A DNA stretch of 27,270 bases from a virus (lineage: Duplodnaviria; Caudoviricetes). This document shows, one piece after another, positions 9,236 to 17,808 of the stretch. Location of the stretch: positions 1 through 27,270 of the IMG/VR virus record IMGVR_UViG_3300008448_007388; one strand, given 5' to 3'. How positions within the stretch are numbered: the stretch's first letter is position 1; every line of letters starts with the position of its first letter. The position numbers and the translations under genes were made by a program. The notes under the pieces are model-generated. The model saw nothing but the letters and a program-made list of their open reading frames with translations, was not told the origin of the DNA and made no database searches.

Positions 9236-10363
9236 TTATAATAGGCGTTTTGGTCGGCGCATTGGATCCGTGATAGCGTACTCAAGCTGTTTAATATCAA
9301 CAGGCCCAGTCCAATTAGTTTTCCAATACATATCTGCTGTCTTTTCTGATAGTCTATAATATTCAGGAACTATATCTAATTTTTTTAATTTATTATTAGT
9401 AAACGCATCTCTTAAAATAACTTGATGAATATAATTTGTAATAGGGCCTTCATTGAATGTAGCCCATGGACCATTATTCAATTCTTCCATATCTATACTT
9501 CTAACATCAGGCCATTGTATAAGCCTTAATTTCATGCCCTTCCAGTTATACATGTTATGATAGAGATTATCTTCTAACGGGGTATGCACCAAATCATTAC
9601 CTAGTAACTTTTTTAATTCTTTGATAGTATTACTCAGATAGTTCCTGCCGCCAGTGCTACGTCCAATACTTGCACCCATTCGAATTCTTACTAAGTCAAC
9701 ATTGTCTCTACCAATCTTATCTAGTTCTTCTAATATGTTGGGTAGATGATTAATATCTTCAATTGTATATCCAATACCATCTAAGCTGCCATACTCTTTG
9801 ATATTAGCAATGCCGCGCAGTTGTTTATCGTGTACTTTTTTACCCTGATAAGTATAATGATTTAACCCTACGGCAGGTAGTATATTTTTACCGGATAATA
9901 ACTTACTTGAAAAATCTTTATCTGCAAATCTAAGACCATTAGTTAGCATTCTAACTTTTTTAAACTTATGTTCCAGTGTATGACTTAACGAAATTATATC
10001 ATTATACAAAGAGGCTTCTGCACCCGCTAATATAGGGATAAAATTATCGGGAAAAGTATTTGTTATTCCTAACACTGACTCTATAGATCCATCAACATAT
10101 GAATTATCTGGAAGTTGATAACAATGTGGGCATTTAAGTTGACATTTGTTTGTTACTTCTAACATTATAGAAATAAAATTACTAGGGTTAGTTTTAGTAA
10201 GACTGTAATAAAATTCAGTATCAACTTCAACAACTTCTTCCATTATGCCATGATTCATGCATTTTTTGGTTAACCAAATTTTATCATCTCGTTCAAAGAT
10301 AACTCCGGGAATATGTCTATAACAATGATTGCATAAGCTAACTGTATCGTGAATAAATTTCAT
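9236..10363 (-). CDS. Radical SAM protein with MJ0619/Tes-type N-terminal metal-binding domain (paralogue 2)
   Basis: TVSLCNHC-x20-CMNHG, LEVTNKCQLKCPHCY, LAGAEAS and LTNG. Confidence 0.9.
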   Translation of the reverse strand: MKFIHDTVSLCNHCYRHIPGVIFERDDKIWLTKKCMNHGIMEEVVEVDTEFYYSLTKTNPSNFISIMLEVTNKCQLKCPHCYQLPDNSYVDGSIESVLGITNTFPDNFIPILAGAEASLYNDIISLSHTLEHKFKKVRMLTNGLRFADKDFSSKLLSGKNILPAVGLNHYTYQGKKVHDKQLRGIANIKEYGSLDGIGYTIEDINHLPNILEELDKIGRDNVDLVRIRMGASIGRSTGGRNYLSNTIKELKKLLGNDLVHTPLEDNLYHNMYNWKGMKLRLIQWPDVRSIDMEELNNGPWATFNEGPITNYIHQVILRDAFTNNKLKKLDIVPEYYRLSEKTADMYWKTNWTGPVDIKQLEYAITDPMRRPKRLL

Positions 10364-10367
10364 TTAG

Positions 10368-10384
10368 TATTTATATTATAAATA
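10368..10384. promoter_or_regulatory. Two back-to-back consensus T4 late promoter boxes
   Basis: TATTTATA-t-TATAAATA: a perfect TATAAATA on each strand (10375-10368 minus, 10377-10384 plus), each 4 nt from an ATG (10363 and 10389). Confidence 0.8.
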
Positions 10385-10388
10385 CCAT

Positions 10389-11135
10389 ATGATAAAAATG
10401 GTTGATAATTTTTTTTCAATTGACGAGTGTAATCAAATTACAACAGTTGTAAAAGATAATGAAAATTTATGGGAGTTATGCCCATGGACTAATATGTACA
10501 TCTTAGGCAATAGTTTGTTTCGTAAAATTACACTAGACGGTATTAGTATTGATTATGGTAATTACTTTGATACCGCATATTTTGACACAGATGCTATTTA
10601 CCTGTTGAAATCAAAACTTAGTCAGTTTTTTGAAAAAGTAGAATTCATTCCTACTTTTAGCAAACCCGGGTTTCAAATCATTAAACTAAATCAGAATAAA
10701 AATCCTGGAGTTTGGCACTATGATAATATGATAACATGCTACCCGTTCAAAAGAGTTTTTAAAGACTATACAGAAAATTTCAACGAATACTTTGATCGTA
10801 AGCTAATATTTACCACAGTGATTAGTGACGGGGAATATAGTTTTGACTATTATCCAGAAACAGTTTCTCGTTTTGAAAAAGATTTTTATGAGTCAAGTAA
10901 AATAGCTCCACTATGTAACGAGCATCGTAATTTAGTAGGGGATATATGCTCAAATGTTACATGTCCATTAAAAGAGTTTACTAGTCTATACTACAAAAAA
11001 GGAACTCTGCTCATACAAGAAGACCGAGTATTGCATAGGGTTGGAATGAAAGATTTGAATGGCAGTGATAATTTAAGGATTACCTTGCAAGGTTATGGTT
11101 TAGTGCGAAAAGGTATTCTTTACTTAGTATGGTAA
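10389..11135 (+). CDS. Fe(II)/2OG oxygenase with Cys/His-rich insertion
   Basis: VDNFFSIDEC N-terminus, PGFQI...WHYD...LHRVG...RITLQG, and an insertion CNEH-x7-C-x4-C. Confidence 0.75.
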   Translation: MIKMVDNFFSIDECNQITTVVKDNENLWELCPWTNMYILGNSLFRKITLDGISIDYGNYFDTAYFDTDAIYLLKSKLSQFFEKVEFIPTFSKPGFQIIKLNQNKNPGVWHYDNMITCYPFKRVFKDYTENFNEYFDRKLIFTTVISDGEYSFDYYPETVSRFEKDFYESSKIAPLCNEHRNLVGDICSNVTCPLKEFTSLYYKKGTLLIQEDRVLHRVGMKDLNGSDNLRITLQGYGLVRKGILYLVW

Positions 11136-11737
11136 ACGATTAATTTAGAATAGGGTTCAACAGTCATAATATTATAATTGTATTTTTTTATTTGATTTTT
11201 TACTTCATAACTTGTATATGCGGCTCTTAATGAGTTTACTACATCTTGTTTGTATATTGGATCATCACAACATATACTATTAATTCTTTCATCTGATGGT
11301 CTATCAATATCAATAACCATAATGGAATCCCCTAAACTATTAATTGTTTCCCAAAATTGTTCGGTATCTTCTATATGATGTAGTACACGATTAGATAGTA
11401 CTACATCGTATTTGCCACAGACCGTTAATAAGTCATCTTGGATTATTGTTATTCTATTTTCTAAATTGTTTTTTGTTATATTTTCTATGGCTATTTCAAT
11501 CATTGCAGAAGAAGATTCATAACATACAAAATTTAATTTAGAAAATGCTTGAGCCAATGCTATGACAAAATTACAAGATCCTGAACCTAAATCCACTACA
11601 CTACCAGTGGATATACCGATTAATTCTGTATATAGGTTAACATATTCATTTAACGATTCTGGATTAGAAGCATGTGTATTATAGCTCCTGCATTGTTCAA
11701 TGTCATCCATTGTAGATTTAGGTTCAGGGATTCTCAT
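11120..11737 (-). CDS. Class I SAM-dependent methyltransferase
   Basis: Motif I VVDLGSGSC, SSAMIEIA and YDVVLSNRVLHHI. Confidence 0.85.
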   Translation of the reverse strand: MRIPEPKSTMDDIEQCRSYNTHASNPESLNEYVNLYTELIGISTGSVVDLGSGSCNFVIALAQAFSKLNFVCYESSSAMIEIAIENITKNNLENRITIIQDDLLTVCGKYDVVLSNRVLHHIEDTEQFWETINSLGDSIMVIDIDRPSDERINSICCDDPIYKQDVVNSLRAAYTSYEVKNQIKKYNYNIMTVEPYSKLIVYHTK

Positions 11738-12771
11738 CTATACTGGTCCGGTAACGTGTCAAATAAAGGCTGCTTTTGATTAACAAATCTATCTCTTAGT
11801 ATTACTTGATGCAATAATGTACTCATGGGTTTTCCGGGTACAAGTTCGGCTAATGATTCACTGAATACTTCACCAAAGTCAATCGTTTTAACGTCTACCC
11901 ATTTAATTAATCTATGCAATACTCCATTAATGTAAACAGCATAGTGAGTACGATTGCCTTCTGTGCTAGGCTCCCATGACCAATTCTTATTAAGTGTTTC
12001 TTGTTTAGTAGCTTTTACTAAATCACTTAGATACAATTCGGCTTCATGTTCTTCCGGAGTTCTTCCTATATCAACTCCTACTTGTATGCGTGTGTTATCA
12101 CATATACCTTTACGATTCCATTCTTGGACTTCTTCTAGTACATATGGTAGTTGATTTAAATCTCCTAATGTATATGTAAAATTTTTAATGGTCAATCCTA
12201 AGTTGACACAGTTCTTAATGCCTTCTTCTTGTTTCTTACGTATAACTCCGCCATTATACTCAGGATGATTAAGTCCAATAGTCCATTTAAGATTCTTTAT
12301 ACCAACAAACTTTCTAGCATAATCTTCTTTTCCCAAGTTGATACCGTTGGTTACAATCATAATCATTCTAGGTTTGCCCGGCAATGCTTGAATTGCACGA
12401 ATCAAATCAGGTAAATCTTTTCGTGTTGTGGGTTCAGCCCCGACTAAACTTATCGGAAAGCCATTGTCAGGATAATTACTAATTTGAAATAATATATAGT
12501 CTAGACTAGGATCAGTACTGGTATTCTCCGGCATCTGATAACAATGTGGGCAGTCTAAGTTGCATCTATTCGTTATGTCTACCCAATAGCTGTTTGGCTT
12601 GCGTTTTTCGTATTCCTGACTTAAGTAAAACTCGCTGTCAACTTCTACTAAACATTCGTGATAACCATGTTTTGGGCATGTTTTACCTAGATATATAGAC
12701 CCATCTCGGATGAATCTCTTTGCTGGTATATGTCTATAGCAGTGTTCGCATAATGAATAGGTATCTATCAT
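11734..12771 (-). CDS. Radical SAM protein with MJ0619/Tes-type N-terminal metal-binding domain (paralogue 3)
   Basis: TYSLCEHC-x20-CPKHG, VDITNRCNLDCPHCY, LVGAEPTTRKDLP and VTNG. Confidence 0.9.
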   Translation of the reverse strand: MIDTYSLCEHCYRHIPAKRFIRDGSIYLGKTCPKHGYHECLVEVDSEFYLSQEYEKRKPNSYWVDITNRCNLDCPHCYQMPENTSTDPSLDYILFQISNYPDNGFPISLVGAEPTTRKDLPDLIRAIQALPGKPRMIMIVTNGINLGKEDYARKFVGIKNLKWTIGLNHPEYNGGVIRKKQEEGIKNCVNLGLTIKNFTYTLGDLNQLPYVLEEVQEWNRKGICDNTRIQVGVDIGRTPEEHEAELYLSDLVKATKQETLNKNWSWEPSTEGNRTHYAVYINGVLHRLIKWVDVKTIDFGEVFSESLAELVPGKPMSTLLHQVILRDRFVNQKQPLFDTLPDQYR

Positions 12772-12783
12772 AAAATTATTTTC

Positions 12784-12805
12784 TATTGATATTTATTGAT
12801 AAATC
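12784..12805. promoter_or_regulatory. Divergent promoter region with weaker late-type boxes and an 8-bp direct repeat
   Basis: TAAATA on minus (12795-12790, 18 nt before ATG 12771) and TAAATC on plus (12800-12805, 9 nt before ATG 12815). TATTGATA is repeated at 12784 and 12794. Confidence 0.35.
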
Positions 12806-12814
12806 TTTATACGT

Positions 12815-13504
12815 ATGAATTTTAACTATTACTATAACCATGTACCCGGAGAAAGTCCCTCACGTAATAACCTTATCTATACCAGTCTGATATCTGATGA
12901 TAAGAAGGTATTTGTACAATGGTATCATAACGATACTGAGTATCATAAAGGGCAGAATCAAGTAGTAGATCCATTATTAATGGAAATTAAATGGGAACGT
13001 GAGTTAAAGTATTTAAAATTGATGCATGGATCATTCCCCGATCATGTACCCAAGATATTAGATATTGATTATAAGTTACGTAAAATCTATTTACAGATAG
13101 ACGGACCAGACTTTTGGCAGCGTAGTTTAGATGGTACGGGAAACTTTGATGATGTATTACCCGATTGGCGTGAGCAAATGTTAGAAATAATAGATAGTCA
13201 TCATCTGTTAAATCTATACAAATACAGTATGCATCCTAGCAGTTATTTTATAGTTGACGGTAAATTGCGTAGTATTAACTACTTTTTTACATATCATTTA
13301 GACGAGGGACCGATCTCAATTAGTGACCATTTAAGTCATATATACAGTACACGACAAGAACAGTTAAAGTTATATACAGATATGTTGGGCATTGACTGGA
13401 ATACTCCGCAACCATTAAATGTATTAGAACACTTATGTTGGGATAGTTTTCGCACTAATTATCCAGAAGATTTCATAGATAAAGTAAAACAATGTATAAG
13501 ATGA
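12815..13504 (+). CDS. Protein-kinase-like fold protein with non-canonical catalytic motifs (paralogue of 3303..3992)
   Basis: WERELKYL, VPKILDID..RKIYLQI, LPDWREQM, YKYSMHPSSYF and LRSINYFF; collinear with the 3303 protein and the same length (229 aa). Confidence 0.55.
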   Translation: MNFNYYYNHVPGESPSRNNLIYTSLISDDKKVFVQWYHNDTEYHKGQNQVVDPLLMEIKWERELKYLKLMHGSFPDHVPKILDIDYKLRKIYLQIDGPDFWQRSLDGTGNFDDVLPDWREQMLEIIDSHHLLNLYKYSMHPSSYFIVDGKLRSINYFFTYHLDEGPISISDHLSHIYSTRQEQLKLYTDMLGIDWNTPQPLNVLEHLCWDSFRTNYPEDFIDKVKQCIR

Positions 13505-14034
13505 TTTTATGGCATCGTGACTTAGATTTATCTGACTTTTATATTAAAGCAGAAGAACGTGGGTTTTATAATAATGCAAATGAAAAAAATTTGATTCAAT
13601 CTATAGCAAATGAACGTGAATGGCAAGTATGGATTTTATACTATAATGATTCTGCTGTAGGGTGTGTAGCCGCACATAGTATAGAAGAAGGTTATAGAAT
13701 ATGTACTAGAACTTGTATTCTTACTGATTTAATACCCACTAACTCATTGCGTACTCGTAATCAAATCATTACTCATCAACATATCACAGCACAATTCTTT
13801 ATACCCAAATGTATTGAATGGGTTAATGGAAAGGGTGACATGTATATTACCACACATCCTAGCAATGTAGGAACACAACGATTAGTACATAATATATGGG
13901 CGCCGTCATTAGTAAAGACTAATGTATTGTTTAAAGCATTTGATAAAGAATATAGAGGTCATACACAGACTTTTTGGAAGCTCAATTCTGACGAATTCCT
14001 AAGTCAACTTAGTAAAGTTAAATCATGGCAGTAA
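13501..14034 (+). CDS. GNAT-like N-acetyltransferase fold protein (start 13501 by ATGA coupling; 13492 possible)
   Basis: VWILYYNDSAVGCVAAH...YRICTRTCIL strands and MYITT, a GNAT-like topology at about 180 aa. No clean acetyl-CoA binding loop is visible. Confidence 0.45.
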   Translation: MILWHRDLDLSDFYIKAEERGFYNNANEKNLIQSIANEREWQVWILYYNDSAVGCVAAHSIEEGYRICTRTCILTDLIPTNSLRTRNQIITHQHITAQFFIPKCIEWVNGKGDMYITTHPSNVGTQRLVHNIWAPSLVKTNVLFKAFDKEYRGHTQTFWKLNSDEFLSQLSKVKSWQ

Positions 14035-15326
14035 CTCCATTTATAAAACGCGGTAGTAAAAACGTATGGTGTATAGTAGATAATCATGCGAAATTTTCTA
14101 ATGGTTGGGCAAGAGAAATATCAATTAACTTATCTGACCATATGATTTTCAAAATTGATCTTTTTGGATATGACATATATATCGGCGATGATGAAGATGA
14201 ATTGTTAAGAACAGTATCAATAGATTATGAGTATGCTATTGTTGTTGCTTCTGGAACTTCGTTTACATTATCTGATAAACTTTTTCCGTTAATAGAAGAT
14301 TTATTGAATAAGGATTTTTTCATTGCAGGGCATATACTAGATCGCGGGGCAGAATATCCTGAATTACACCATCAATTTTATGTAATTAATCTAGTAGAAT
14401 ATAGAAAATGTCATTGCCCTATAATAGGTCCGGGTAAGGAATTTAATAGTTTAGATATGCCCTGGCATGGACATCATATAATGCGTATAGCAGAATATAA
14501 GACAATAGATATAGGTACAGCGATTCGTAATGCAAAAAGATATCTATACTATGAACATGAGCATGTATTTTTAAAAGAGTTATCTAACATATACCATGAT
14601 CAATTTTTTGCTAACAACTTTTTTGCATCATGGAATTCAGATAAGTTGTATACTGATATTGCATTCGCCGGGCCCGTCGATCAATACGTAACAGTAGGTA
14701 TAGGTTTGAATTGGATTAAAAATTTAGAAATTATTGGATTCACTAAAGATTCTAATGTTGTATTCACAGACATAAATCACAATTGTCTGGTATATATGAA
14801 GAAATTAATTGAAACATGGGACGGAATGAATTATACTCAGTTCTACAAAGATAACAGTCCAATGGGTATTAACGGGGAGTCCCCTATACCACAATCTTAT
14901 TATGATAAAACTCAATCTGAGTGGGAACAGTTTATATCTACCTTTGATGATTGGGCATCAATATGGAATCAAGTACGACAGCTAAAATTTAAGTATATAC
15001 TTACCAACTATATGTCAAATTACAACTTTGATTGGATCGACTCCGAAAAACGGACAGTTATCAATTTAAGTGACTTATTTACGCATACACCCTATATATT
15101 TGTTCATAGTTTGAAATATAGGATTGCTAGTGAAAACAAATTATTCAAAATGCTAGTAGAAAAAGATCCTGAAATAACATTGATGTTGACCTCACGGGCA
15201 GTTAATGGATTTGCAGAAAATAATCAATTAATAGGTAACCGACTGATAGTTGGTAAAGTAAAAGATTTTGCATTAACAGACATTAAAGATTTAAGGTGTC
15301 CGCCCTGGCATAAAAATGATTGGTAA
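14025..15326 (+). CDS. Hypothetical two-domain protein (possible glycosyltransferase-like N-terminus and Rossmann/SAM-binding-like C-terminus)
   Basis: 433-aa ORF coupled to the upstream gene. YVTVGIGLNW...VVFTDIN...INLSDLF resembles a degenerate SAM-binding fold. The CDS is secure but the function is not. Confidence 0.35.
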   Translation: MAVTPFIKRGSKNVWCIVDNHAKFSNGWAREISINLSDHMIFKIDLFGYDIYIGDDEDELLRTVSIDYEYAIVVASGTSFTLSDKLFPLIEDLLNKDFFIAGHILDRGAEYPELHHQFYVINLVEYRKCHCPIIGPGKEFNSLDMPWHGHHIMRIAEYKTIDIGTAIRNAKRYLYYEHEHVFLKELSNIYHDQFFANNFFASWNSDKLYTDIAFAGPVDQYVTVGIGLNWIKNLEIIGFTKDSNVVFTDINHNCLVYMKKLIETWDGMNYTQFYKDNSPMGINGESPIPQSYYDKTQSEWEQFISTFDDWASIWNQVRQLKFKYILTNYMSNYNFDWIDSEKRTVINLSDLFTHTPYIFVHSLKYRIASENKLFKMLVEKDPEITLMLTSRAVNGFAENNQLIGNRLIVGKVKDFALTDIKDLRCPPWHKNDW

Positions 15327-15327
15327 C

Positions 15328-16188
15328 TTATAAGTTAATTGGGTAGTCAAACATTGCTCTATGCAATAATCGTTTGTCCATATTATTAAATGCCCATCGT
15401 TTGTGCAAACCCATGCGATTGTCAGATATAACTATGTCACCTAATTCCCAATTATGATGATAGCAATATTTTTCCTGTGTCATATGTTCTGCTAGTTTAG
15501 AAAATATTTTTTTACTTTCATCTCTTGTTAAGGCATTTATATGATGAGTATTATAAAAAGAGAACATTAGGTGCTTTTTACCCATTAGGCTAGTACATAC
15601 AATCGGTTGTGTATAACCTTCAAATTCTTCACCAGGAGCCCACATTGTACCGTCATCATCTTTGCTGAAGCGGCTTACATTAAAATCTACATATCGTGTC
15701 ATGGTAACAGTTGATTTTTCTAAAAAATTTTTAGTTTCTTCATCTAAATCTTCGTATGCCATGATACTATTAAGCCAAGAAGTTTTAGATCCTTCTACAC
15801 CCTCAACGGCATGTAGCCAAATTAACGCTACTTTATTCTTTTGCATTGACCAATGAAAATCCAAATGCCATGCCATTTCTTCTTTGTGGCTAGATATTCC
15901 TCCTACTTGATATTCATTTTTTTTACCACCTACTCTGAGTAATTTTCCATTAGTACCGGCGACTTCTAATAATTTCATTTGTTCGTCACTAACGCTCAAA
16001 AAAGAACCAATATCTCTGAACATACTAACTACTCGTAACTCATCAGATAATGATAATTTTTGTTTTTTTATTACTACTAAGGTATGTGTAGCTATCAATT
16101 TAGAAATGACATTTATGTCAGCTTGAGTAGCCAATGCTAAATCAAACTCAGTTATAATGGGTGCCCAATTGACATAATCAATTTTCAT
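15328..16188 (-). CDS. TauD/TfdA family Fe(II)/2OG dioxygenase
   Basis: LVVIKKQKLS, WHLD, GSKTSW and YHHNWELGDIVISDNRMGLHKR...RLLHR. Confidence 0.9.
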   Translation of the reverse strand: MKIDYVNWAPIITEFDLALATQADINVISKLIATHTLVVIKKQKLSLSDELRVVSMFRDIGSFLSVSDEQMKLLEVAGTNGKLLRVGGKKNEYQVGGISSHKEEMAWHLDFHWSMQKNKVALIWLHAVEGVEGSKTSWLNSIMAYEDLDEETKNFLEKSTVTMTRYVDFNVSRFSKDDDGTMWAPGEEFEGYTQPIVCTSLMGKKHLMFSFYNTHHINALTRDESKKIFSKLAEHMTQEKYCYHHNWELGDIVISDNRMGLHKRWAFNNMDKRLLHRAMFDYPINL

Positions 16189-17053
16189 TTAGATAGTCCT
16201 GATCAGGGAAATCAAATACCATACGATGCAATACTCTTGTGTAGATTTGCTCAAATCTCCAGCGTTTATGAATGCCTAGCCATTGTTCACTTAACACTAT
16301 ATCTCCGTCTTCCCAATCATGATGATAGCAATATTTTTCTTGAATAGTGTGTTCAAATAAAGGTTTGGCTATCTCCAATGATTCTTCCCTAGACATTCCT
16401 TCAAATTTTTCTAGTTGTAATAGAGAAAAATATAAGCCTGTTTTTCCTGCATTATTTGTATGTATAATATTTGGCGTAAAATTTTCTATTACAAATTTAC
16501 TTTTACCAAACGTATCACTATCTTTATATTCAGTAGTATGTTGCATTCCACCATAATATATGCATTTTAAATCATGCAGTTTATGTTTAGTGTCACTATC
16601 TAAATCATTGTATGATAGTATATTATTGTTCCAACTAGTTCTAGAACCTTTTGTACCTTTGACTCCATACAGCCAAACTATAGGAGATCGATCTTCTTTA
16701 TACGGGTGATTGCAATGCCATTGCATTTCATCTACATGGCCTGCAATACCCGGCTTACCGTGTTCGTTTAATTCGCCTGACACCCTGCAAACAATTCCAG
16801 TAGGGTCTTGAGTAATGTCTGCTACACAGTCCATAAAAAATTCATCTTCAGGTTTAAACAGAGGATTAGGGTTTTTAAACATTTTAGCAATTCTAACTTG
16901 GTCAGCTACTGTAAGATGTTGACCTCTTACAACAACACATGTATGTTTAGCAATCAGTCTTGCAATTTCTAATATGTTTTCTTGTGTAGCCGTATTGAAG
17001 TCAAAATCTTCTAATAATGCAGTCCATCCGTTTTCATGTATTTTGTATTTCAT
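16178..17053 (-). CDS. TauD/TfdA family Fe(II)/2OG dioxygenase (HxN variant)
   Basis: VVVRGQHLT, WHCN, GSRTSW and YHHDWEDGDIVLSEQWLGIHKR...RVLHR; tandem paralogue of 15328..16188. Confidence 0.85.
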   Translation of the reverse strand: MKYKIHENGWTALLEDFDFNTATQENILEIARLIAKHTCVVVRGQHLTVADQVRIAKMFKNPNPLFKPEDEFFMDCVADITQDPTGIVCRVSGELNEHGKPGIAGHVDEMQWHCNHPYKEDRSPIVWLYGVKGTKGSRTSWNNNILSYNDLDSDTKHKLHDLKCIYYGGMQHTTEYKDSDTFGKSKFVIENFTPNIIHTNNAGKTGLYFSLLQLEKFEGMSREESLEIAKPLFEHTIQEKYCYHHDWEDGDIVLSEQWLGIHKRWRFEQIYTRVLHRMVFDFPDQDYLNEN

Positions 17054-17808
17054 AAATTAAATCCCAATGTAAGAATATCATCTTGTATTAAACTACTATC
17101 TAATTCATTAACCGCTTCTATAAATCTAAACACATTATCAACTGGTAATGTTTTTAATATGTCTAGTTTAATGTTCCACCATTTAGTTTCCAAGAGTTGT
17201 TCTTTGATTTTGTCTGGAAATCTATCTCTTAATGGCTTAGCTGGTATACCACCAGCTATAGTATATGGTTCTATATCAGTAGACACAACCGCATTTGCCG
17301 CAATCACGGATCCTGTACCGATAGTTGCATCTGGCATGACTACAATACCATCACCCAAAAACACATCGTTTTCTATAATTACTGGTTCTTGAATGATATC
17401 TAATTTTACATTATCCGGAAAATTTAATAATATCTTTTCTTCTTCTGAGTAATTAGATTGATGAGCCATTATAGTATCTGAATTTATGCTCACTCCAGAG
17501 ATGTTATGCATTCCGGCAGCAATAGTACATCTACGTCCTATTCCACTATGTCTGCCCATAAAAATGTTATCACGCATATAGCCACCGTCTCTGATGCTAG
17601 AGTATGCACCTATAAATATTCTGTTGTGATTGCTTTTAAAATTTTGAGACCAATTCATTGATCCTTTTTCAAATAAAGTGCCGTTAATATACTCTAAATT
17701 AGTATGTCGTATATTATATAATGGCAAGTCATCTGTTTTTAACTCTATGTCCTGTGACAATTTATTTTCAAGGAACATGGACAATTTATGTTCTATACTA
17801 TGATTCAT
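17050..17808 (-). CDS. Hexapeptide-repeat (CatB/Vat-related) O-acetyltransferase; start revised to ATG at 17808 (MNHSIE...)
   Basis: PVIIENDVFLG...IGTGSVIAANAVVSTDIEPYTIAGGIPAKPLRDRF...KWWN. TATAAATA lies 5 nt before the revised start. Confidence 0.85.
   Translation of the reverse strand: MNHSIEHKLSMFLENKLSQDIELKTDDLPLYNIRHTNLEYINGTLFEKGSMNWSQNFKSNHNRIFIGAYSSIRDGGYMRDNIFMGRHSGIGRRCTIAAGMHNISGVSINSDTIMAHQSNYSEEEKILLNFPDNVKLDIIQEPVIIENDVFLGDGIVVMPDATIGTGSVIAANAVVSTDIEPYTIAGGIPAKPLRDRFPDKIKEQLLETKWWNIKLDILKTLPVDNVFRFIEAVNELDSSLIQDDILTLGFNL

Noticed and set aside
8153-12771. Calling the radical SAM trio true tetraether synthase, MoaA or QueE
   Set aside because: The auxiliary-cluster Cys motifs of Tes and MoaA are absent, and the size and N-terminus do not fit QueE.
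17050-17808. Antibiotic resistance gene (catB/vat)
   Set aside because: The motifs are shared by the wider hexapeptide acetyltransferase family, and the context is a modification island.
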